In this document: piece after piece, positions 51,242-57,962 of the stretch | Position numbering within the stretch: position 1 is the first letter of the stretch | Layout: every line of letters begins with the position of its first letter | Assembly (NCBI GenBank): GCA_046538485.1 | Contig: JBKHIT010000029.1 | Location: forward strand, 1-57,962 | Length of the DNA stretch: 57,962 nucleotides | Origin: Candidatus Brocadiia bacterium | Lineage (GTDB): Bacteria > Planctomycetota > Brocadiia > SM23-32 | Reading direction: 5' to 3' | Position numbers and translations under genes: made by a program | The notes under the pieces: model-generated | The model's input: only the letters and a program-made list of their open reading frames with translations | The model's database searches: none | What the model was told of the DNA's origin: nothing

Positions 51242-54200
51242 GTGAAGAAATCGGAAAGTACCATTCTCGATCGCAGATCCGCAAAGAAATTCCTCTGGCT
51301 CCTGGTTCTCCTCCTCCTGGCTTTCTCACCGGTGATTGGCCTCTCCGCTGAAAACGGCGGGCCGCGCGGGCGAAACAAACGCCTCTTCGTCGTGCCCAGA
51401 CCCGGGAAAATAGAGATCGACGGACAACTCGATGACTGGGACCGGTCCGGGGGAATCCTCAGCTTCGCCAAAACCGCCATCCGCGACAAACAATACGGTC
51501 GCACCTACGCGATGTACGATAAAAAGGCGCTCTACATCGCCGGAGAAGTGCGCGACGACAGCCCGATGATGAATATGCACGACCCGAAAGCCAACCCGGA
51601 TCGGGCCTGGGACGCCGATTGTTTCCAGTTCCGCATCTACCTGAAACCGCAGTATCCCGGGAACGACTCGAAGTTCAATAACCCTGAAAAACACCGTCGG
51701 CTCGCGCATCTGCTGCTGTGGTATTACACCAAAGACAAACAGCCCAACCTCCAGCTCCGCTACAGCATGGCCTACATCCTCCCTCAAGAAGACTGGTCCG
51801 CCGGAATCGTCCCGCACGATCTGTTCGACGCAGCTTACCGCAAGTGGGAAGACAACAAAGGCTATACCTTCGAATACCGCATTCCCTGGGACGTGCTGAG
51901 CAAAAAATACCGTCCGAAAGCCGGCGACATCACCGCGGCAGCGCTCCAGTACCAGTGGAGCCGCGCCGATGGGCTCAAACAGGTCAGCTCGGCGAAAGAC
52001 CTCGAACGCAAACCCGGGTTCCAATTCCAGACCACCGATGTCTGGGGCAAAGCCATTTTTGCCCAACGCGGCAACCTCCCCGATGTCCCCTTCGCCGCCG
52101 GCGATGTCGAACCTCCCGAGCCGCCTCTTCCGCTCCGGTTCCGCTACAACCTCCCCGAAGATGGCCGTGTCGTCATCGGACTCTGGAACGAAGATAACAT
52201 TTTTCAGGCCCATGTAGTCGTGGACGAACCGCGAAAAGCGGGGAAAGTCGAAGAAAAATGGGACGGTCTCGGCTACCACACGGAAGAACCGCTCCCGGCC
52301 GGAACCTACAAATGGAAAGGACTCTACCGCGACAAACTGACCGAAGAGCATATCCTCTCGGTGCATAATGCGGGCACGCCGCCCTATAAGACCGATGACA
52401 ATACCGGGGGCTGGGGCGCCGACCATGGCGAACCCACTACAGTCGAATCGGTCGGCGATAAAATGCTGCTCGCCTGGCATACCACCGAATCCGGATGGGG
52501 TATCATTCGCACCGACCTGGACGGCGACAAAGAAGGGGGAATTAAACATGTCGCCGAGTATCTCGCCGGCGACGGAAAACGCTACTTCGCCGCAGGCGGG
52601 CACGCCTACCAGGGCAAGGACAAGGTCCGCGTCTACGACCTCGCCGACAGCCGCCCGATGGCCTTCGAAGGCGGCCGGAATTACGTCGAACAACCGCCCC
52701 TTAAGGAAACGAAAAAATCAGAGGAAGAAAACGGCCAGGGCGCCCCTCTGCCCAACCGGGTCACCGGACTCGCCTGGCACGACGGACGTATCTTTGTCAG
52801 CTACGCCAACCGCGATCTCATCGGCGTCAATGACGATGCGACGGGGAAACTTCTCAAAACCCACGAAGTCCCCTCCCCCGGCCGGCTTGCCATCGCACCG
52901 AACGGGTCCCTTCTCGCACTCTCCGCCGGGGAAAAAGCCGTCCGTATCGTCGACGGGAAAGCGAAGACCGTCGTCAGTGGCGGACTCGATGAACCGCAGG
53001 GAATCGCCACAGACGGCGAAGGCAACATTTATGTCAGCAACCAGGGCACGCTCCAGAATGTAAGCGTCTTCGCTCCCGACGGGACACCGAAGACCACGAT
53101 CGGCAAAAAAGGTGGCCGTCCACGCGTCGGGGAGCACGATCCCGAAGGTATGCTCGAACCGGGCGGAATCGCGATCGATGCCAAAAGTCGGCTCTGGGTG
53201 GCCGAAACCCTCGACCGTCCCAAACGGATCAGCGTCTGGGATACTGAAACGGAGAAAAACGTCGCGGAATATTTCGGCGCCAGCTCCTACTTCGGCTGGG
53301 CATACATGGATCCCGAACATCCTGACGAAGTCTACTGCCACGGGTGTCTCTGGAAAGTGGATCTGGACAAAAGGACCAAAAAACTCGTCAGCACCACCTG
53401 GCGTCGGACCTCTCCCAACCAGCCGCCGCCCCCGAATCCCGGCGGGTACGCCGGACATTTCCGCGTCGTCACCGGAAAAAACGGAGCCCAGTTCGGCTGG
53501 GGAATGGCCGGCCGATCCCGCGGTCTCGTGGTTTACATGCGTGAAGGTAACATCTACAAACCCATAGCGGGCATGATCGCCCCGGCGCAGTATCCTGCGC
53601 TTGAGGAACACTGGGCCTCGTTGCAGGAAAAATGGAAGAAGCAACGAATAGCCCGCCACCGCCGGCCGCGATGTCTGCTCTGGCAGGACAAAAACGACGA
53701 CCAGAAAGTTCAGGTCGATGAAACAACCGTCCCCCCGGAGGGCGGCAAGAGAAGTTGGTGCAACTGGATCGGCAAAGACCTTACCCTCTGGCATGAAGCC
53801 GGATACCGTTCAAAACCCGTCAAATTCGACGGCAAACGCCCGGTTTACGACTTCACAAAGATGGAAAAGGCTCCTCTTCGTGGAGGCAATGCCAACTGCG
53901 CCTCGTTCTGGTTCGATCAACCGAAAAAGGACGGGGTTTACTTTTTGAGATCCGGAAAACCTCACAGCCTGATGAAGCGAACTGTCGACGGAAAACTCCT
54001 GTGGTCGTACGGAAAACTCTCCAGCTGGCGCGCCGCTCTCGGCAAACCGGCGATGACCGACGGGGATCTATGGGGTCTCACGATGCCCCTGGGGATGGCC
54101 GGACAGTTCACCGGCGCGAGCAGCTATTTCAACCCGTATCACATCTTCACCCGAGACGGACTGTATGTGGGGATGGTGATGCGGACCACCCGCGACGGGA

Positions 54201-55108
54201 AAGGTCTCGGTCCGTTCGTCACCGCCTCGGAAACCCTGACCGGTCAGCTGGTGAAACCGAAAGGGATGGAACGATGGTTCCTGCTCGCCGGCGATCAGGA
54301 CGGGCGTATCACCGAGATTCACGGACTCGACACTGTCCAACGTCTCCCCGGAGGCACCTACAAAATCACGCCCGACGACGTAAAAAAAGTAACTCAGTCT
54401 CTGCAAAAATACGAGGCGGCCAGAGCCCAGACGCAACCGCTTTTCATCGAGCGTTATCCTGTCAGCCTCGAGAGACCCGGCGGTGGAGTGTTCGTCCGGG
54501 AAGACGAAAACCGTGCTTTCCGCGGCGAGATGGCCTACGACAGCGACAACGTCTATTTTCGATACAAAGTCGAAAGCCCCGCGCCGTTCATCAATGACGC
54601 CCCGGATCCGCAGATTCTTTTCAAAGGCGGGAACCTGATCGACGTGCAGATGGCCACGAATCCCGATGCCGATCCCAAACGCGAGAACCCGGTTCCGGGC
54701 GATGTCCGTCTGCTGATCGGCCGAAGGCCGAAAGGCGACCCCATCGCGGTCCTCTTTCGCCCGAAAGTCAAAGGTTTCAATGGCGATCCCATCGTCCTGG
54801 AATCGCCAACCGGCACGGAATCTTTCGATGAAATACGCGTCGTAAAAAAGGTGAAGCTATCGGTGGAAGAAACCAAAACCGGTTTCATTGCCACCGCGAC
54901 GGTTCCGCGGGAGGTTCTCGGCTGGGAACCGGTGAGCGGATCGATTCTGCGGATGGATCTCGGCTATATCTACGGCAACAAGACCGGGAAAGCCGCTTCG
55001 ATGCGGAGTTACTGGTCCAACGATAGTTTCACAGCCAACGTCACCGACGACATCCCCCACGAAAGCCGGTTGGAACCGGATCAGTGGGGCCGAGCGATTG
55101 TGGAATAG
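51242..55108 (+). CDS. Large secreted protein, full-length paralog of 32643-36446 (1288 aa)
   Basis: Shared blocks such as [23 protein letters not shown] and [19 protein letters not shown]. Confidence 0.8.
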   Translation: MKKSESTILDRRSAKKFLWLLVLLLLAFSPVIGLSAENGGPRGRNKRLFVVPRPGKIEIDGQLDDWDRSGGILSFAKTAIRDKQYGRTYAMYDKKALYIAGEVRDDSPMMNMHDPKANPDRAWDADCFQFRIYLKPQYPGNDSKFNNPEKHRRLAHLLLWYYTKDKQPNLQLRYSMAYILPQEDWSAGIVPHDLFDAAYRKWEDNKGYTFEYRIPWDVLSKKYRPKAGDITAAALQYQWSRADGLKQVSSAKDLERKPGFQFQTTDVWGKAIFAQRGNLPDVPFAAGDVEPPEPPLPLRFRYNLPEDGRVVIGLWNEDNIFQAHVVVDEPRKAGKVEEKWDGLGYHTEEPLPAGTYKWKGLYRDKLTEEHILSVHNAGTPPYKTDDNTGGWGADHGEPTTVESVGDKMLLAWHTTESGWGIIRTDLDGDKEGGIKHVAEYLAGDGKRYFAAGGHAYQGKDKVRVYDLADSRPMAFEGGRNYVEQPPLKETKKSEEENGQGAPLPNRVTGLAWHDGRIFVSYANRDLIGVNDDATGKLLKTHEVPSPGRLAIAPNGSLLALSAGEKAVRIVDGKAKTVVSGGLDEPQGIATDGEGNIYVSNQGTLQNVSVFAPDGTPKTTIGKKGGRPRVGEHDPEGMLEPGGIAIDAKSRLWVAETLDRPKRISVWDTETEKNVAEYFGASSYFGWAYMDPEHPDEVYCHGCLWKVDLDKRTKKLVSTTWRRTSPNQPPPPNPGGYAGHFRVVTGKNGAQFGWGMAGRSRGLVVYMREGNIYKPIAGMIAPAQYPALEEHWASLQEKWKKQRIARHRRPRCLLWQDKNDDQKVQVDETTVPPEGGKRSWCNWIGKDLTLWHEAGYRSKPVKFDGKRPVYDFTKMEKAPLRGGNANCASFWFDQPKKDGVYFLRSGKPHSLMKRTVDGKLLWSYGKLSSWRAALGKPAMTDGDLWGLTMPLGMAGQFTGASSYFNPYHIFTRDGLYVGMVMRTTRDGKGLGPFVTASETLTGQLVKPKGMERWFLLAGDQDGRITEIHGLDTVQRLPGGTYKITPDDVKKVTQSLQKYEAARAQTQPLFIERYPVSLERPGGGVFVREDENRAFRGEMAYDSDNVYFRYKVESPAPFINDAPDPQILFKGGNLIDVQMATNPDADPKRENPVPGDVRLLIGRRPKGDPIAVLFRPKVKGFNGDPIVLESPTGTESFDEIRVVKKVKLSVEETKTGFIATATVPREVLGWEPVSGSILRMDLGYIYGNKTGKAASMRSYWSNDSFTANVTDDIPHESRLEPDQWGRAIVE

Positions 55109-55123
55109 GTGCCTATCGCAGAC

Positions 55124-55170
55124 AGTCCGGATCTTGCGACCCGGTACACAGCCTGGAGAGGCTGTGCCAG
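55124..55170. repeat. REP-like hairpin family E, copy 2 (CACAGCC-TGGAGA-GGCTGTG)
   Basis: Colinear with 10291-10337. Confidence 0.65.
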
Positions 55171-55367
55171 ATGGTTCTGTAGTCTCTTTGGACGAATTTG
55201 AAATAAGCGTGCGCAAACGGCCGCAAGTATTAGTTTACCGGGCGTAACAAGGCCATCTAAGTTTACATGTCATTGCGCGGCAATCCGGCCGTGCTCGGCA
55301 GCCTCGCGCGAAGCAGGATCGTTGTTGAGTCGACAAAACAGCGAGACTGCTTCGCCGGAGTGAATGA

Positions 55368-55523
55368 AGACTCGAGTTCAGCTGAGTCCGCCGCATGGCG
55401 GGCGAAGGGGGACTTGAGGCGAACAAATATCGGAAACATGCAAATAGCACGGAAATTCCAAAAAAGTGAACCGCGTTCTGAACTCCAGACTCCTCTTTGC
55501 GGGGGCTGAAGTCCAGTCCGCTC
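55368..55523 (-). repeat. Composite repeat A + 50-nt spacer + B (minus orientation)
   Basis: B at 55368-55420, A at 55471-55523; same layout as 10476-10619. Confidence 0.8.
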
Positions 55524-55621
55524 GGTCAGATGGCGAATCGAACTGTTCAAGCGCTTCGCGCAAGGGTTTCCTCACACACCCCGACTCATAAAAATTAAAC
55601 CCCAAACCTGAAGGAACGATC

Positions 55622-57100
55622 ATGGCTGAAGGAAGCACAGCCCGCCCGAACATCCTGTTCATTTTCACCGACCAGCACCGTCTCTCCGGCGTCAGTTCCT
55701 ACGGCAACACGCCCTGCCGGACTCCTCACATCGACCGTCTGGCCCGGGAAGGCACGCGCTTTGAGAACGCTTACACCGTCTTCCCCGTCTGCAGTCCGGC
55801 CCGCGGGACCATTCAAACGGGACTCTACCCTCACAGTCATGGCGTGACGGCCAATATCCATGAAGTTGCCTGTTCCGTTCACGAACTCCAGGACACGCCC
55901 GACCGGCTCCCCAGACGCCTTCAGGAAGCCGGATACGGGACGGGTTACACCGGCAAATGGCACCTGGGAACGGAGAAAGAGAGCACGTTTCACGCCCCGA
56001 ATACCCCTTCCCTGCCCTCGGATCTGGGCTACGAAGGGCAGGATTTCCCGGGTCACGGCGGCGCCGGATACGGCTATCAGATCTACAAGGACTGGTTGAA
56101 AGAGAAAGGGCACGAGTTCAGCGTCAGGCCATGGGACGAGAATACGCGGAAAGTACGCCGTTCTATCGGTGTGATTGATCTGCCGCTGGAATGCACCGTG
56201 CCGGCTTTCCTCGTGGACAAAACCTTCGAGCTGATGGGTAATTTCGAAGAATGCGGGCAGCCTTTTTTCATGAGTCTCAACTTCTGGGGACCCCACGGCC
56301 CGTACCACGCGACCGAAGAATTTGTTGATATGTACCGCGACGTTGAAATTCCGCCCTGGCCGAATTTCGAATGGCCTTCCCGCGGCACCGACGGCCCGCA
56401 TCATCTGAAAATCCACTGGGATAAAGAAAAATTGTCCTGGAACGAATGGGAAACCGCCGTCCGATACTACTACGCCCGCTGCAGCATGATCGACAGCCAG
56501 ATCGGGCGGCTCTTAACGAATCTGCAGGAAACCGGACGGATCGAGAACACCTATATCATTTTCACCGCCGACCACGGAGAGACCCTCGGCAGTCACGGTG
56601 GCCTGCTCGACAAAGGCTGGCATCATTTCGAAGAAACCCACCGCGTCCCGATGATCGTTCGACCGCCCGGTGGAAGCGACATAAACGTCCGCGAAGAGTT
56701 TGTATCCCTGGCCGACATCTACCCGACGATACTCGATATCGCCGGCGCCGAACCTCCCGAATACCAGATGCACGGACGTTCCCTGTTGCCGCTTCTTGAA
56801 GACAGGGAGGTCGAGTGGCGAGACGCCGTGGTGACAGAGTTTCTCGGACTCGGCAGTGTCGGCACGTGCATGAAAACCATCCGGGTGGGGAATCTCAAAT
56901 ACGGCTACAACGGCCCGTTCCCCGGTGAACTCTACGATCTTGAGACCGATCCCCATGAAACACGTAACCTGATAGAGGACCCGGGTTACAGCAACGCGGT
57001 GCAACGTCTTCAGCAAAAACTCGATGAATGGATGGCTGAGACAAACGATCCCGCGCTCCGGATGTTCCGCTGGCACCGCCGCATAAGTCCGGAACAGTGA
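55622..57100 (+). CDS. Formylglycine-dependent (S1) sulfatase
   Basis: PNILFIFTDQH, CSPARGTIQTG, GKWH, ADHGE, DKG, ELYDLETDPHE; no signal peptide. Confidence 0.93.
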   Translation: MAEGSTARPNILFIFTDQHRLSGVSSYGNTPCRTPHIDRLAREGTRFENAYTVFPVCSPARGTIQTGLYPHSHGVTANIHEVACSVHELQDTPDRLPRRLQEAGYGTGYTGKWHLGTEKESTFHAPNTPSLPSDLGYEGQDFPGHGGAGYGYQIYKDWLKEKGHEFSVRPWDENTRKVRRSIGVIDLPLECTVPAFLVDKTFELMGNFEECGQPFFMSLNFWGPHGPYHATEEFVDMYRDVEIPPWPNFEWPSRGTDGPHHLKIHWDKEKLSWNEWETAVRYYYARCSMIDSQIGRLLTNLQETGRIENTYIIFTADHGETLGSHGGLLDKGWHHFEETHRVPMIVRPPGGSDINVREEFVSLADIYPTILDIAGAEPPEYQMHGRSLLPLLEDREVEWRDAVVTEFLGLGSVGTCMKTIRVGNLKYGYNGPFPGELYDLETDPHETRNLIEDPGYSNAVQRLQQKLDEWMAETNDPALRMFRWHRRISPEQ

Positions 57101-57410
57101 TGGAACCGCCATGGGTGGCGCCGCTTTCAATTGGTGGCACTAAGATAGATGCTACGACAATCAGACAAGCTCAAAATGAGGAAAAACGTTCATATAATTT
57201 TTTCCCGGACATTTTGTCGGCGTAGATGAAAGCAAAAGCGGTGCTGCGCCCGCCGGATAGCGGGCTTCTCACCGCACTCCTAAAGCGCTTCGCGCAGGAG
57301 TCTCTTACATGCTCCGAAATCTCAAAATCAGCTTTGCATTTCGCACCGACACTTCCACGAAAATACGGCACCTTTTCGCAAACATTAATTTCTGACAAAG
57401 GACAAAAAAC

Positions 57411-57962
57411 ATGTTGATGAATCGAGGGCTTACGATTTTGTTCGCTTTGCTCGCGTTGACCCTTTTCTGTTCTCTCGCCGCCGGGGGCGATCCCAAACGG
57501 GGTATCCATAAACGTCTGTTCATCGTCCCGCGTCCCGGGAAAGTCACAATCGACGGCAAACTCGACGACTGGGACCTCTCCGGCCAGATCCTCAGCTATA
57601 TCTCCGAAGAAACCCGAGAACGCAAAAATGGTCGCATGGCAATGATGTACGACGATAAGGCCCTCTACATCAGCGCCGAAATCCGCGATCCCAACCCGAT
57701 GATGAACCGGCACGACCCCGAAGCCAACCCGGACAAAGTCTGGAACGCCGACTCCGTGCAGGTGCGAATCGTCATCGACCGAACCGAGAAATATCCGGCA
57801 TCCTACACCAAATTCAAGAAAGAACAACACGGTAAAGACGTCCTCCAGCATCTGCTTCTCTGGTATTACACCGACGGCAAAGAACCGGGGCTCCAGCTCC
57901 GCAAAGACATGGCCTACACGGTCCCCGAAAAATGGAAACCGGATGGACTCGTCGATCCGACG
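57411..57962 (+). CDS. 5' part of a third paralog of the CBM9-like/FlgD-Ig/propeller protein (runs off window; absent from the ORF track)
   Basis: Manual translation [62 protein letters not shown]. Confidence 0.85.
   Translation, partial: MLMNRGLTILFALLALTLFCSLAAGGDPKRGIHKRLFIVPRPGKVTIDGKLDDWDLSGQILSYISEETRERKNGRMAMMYDDKALYISAEIRDPNPMMNRHDPEANPDKVWNADSVQVRIVIDRTEKYPASYTKFKKEQHGKDVLQHLLLWYYTDGKEPGLQLRKDMAYTVPEKWKPDGLVDPT

Noticed and set aside
31888..57962. Integron cassette array with attC sites
   Set aside because: Intergenic palindromes lack consistent RYYYAAC/GTTRRRY cores, genes have their own promoters, and there is no integrase.

Overview
Bacterial window, moderately high GC, probably PVC superphylum / Planctomycetota-like. 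That placement is inferred from ten DUF1559/H-X9-DG-type prepilin-like genes, a sulfatase, UroD-family and Gfo/Idh/MocA genes. There are three blocks. (1) 1-19.0 kb: carbohydrate-catabolic genes (heparinase II/III-like lyase, GHL10-like hydrolase, PHP hydrolase, two GH78 rhamnosidases), three prepilin-like genes and a 1086-aa secreted orphan. (2) 19.4-31.8 kb: core-like genes (tRNA-CAT, membrane+TPR protein, comEC, GT4, oxidoreductase, UroD-like, nucleotide-sugar dehydrogenase, argG), plus one prepilin-like gene. (3) 32-58 kb: prepilin-like genes alternating with ~1200-aa secreted FlgD-Ig/beta-propeller proteins carrying different sugar-binding modules, plus a GntR-type regulator and a sulfatase. 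Main findings: (a) a near-identical 63-bp in-frame palindromic cassette sits in the FTLIEL motif of four otherwise divergent prepilin genes and regenerates the processing site; (b) a TTGACA-N16-(-10) promoter with a TAATTT-N10-AAATT(A/T) operator is shared by three prepilin genes and the regulator, predicting a regulon; (c) five of the ten prepilin genes are damaged; (d) several families of REP-like palindromes fill the intergenic spaces. All domain calls are by motif recognition only; no database searches were run.
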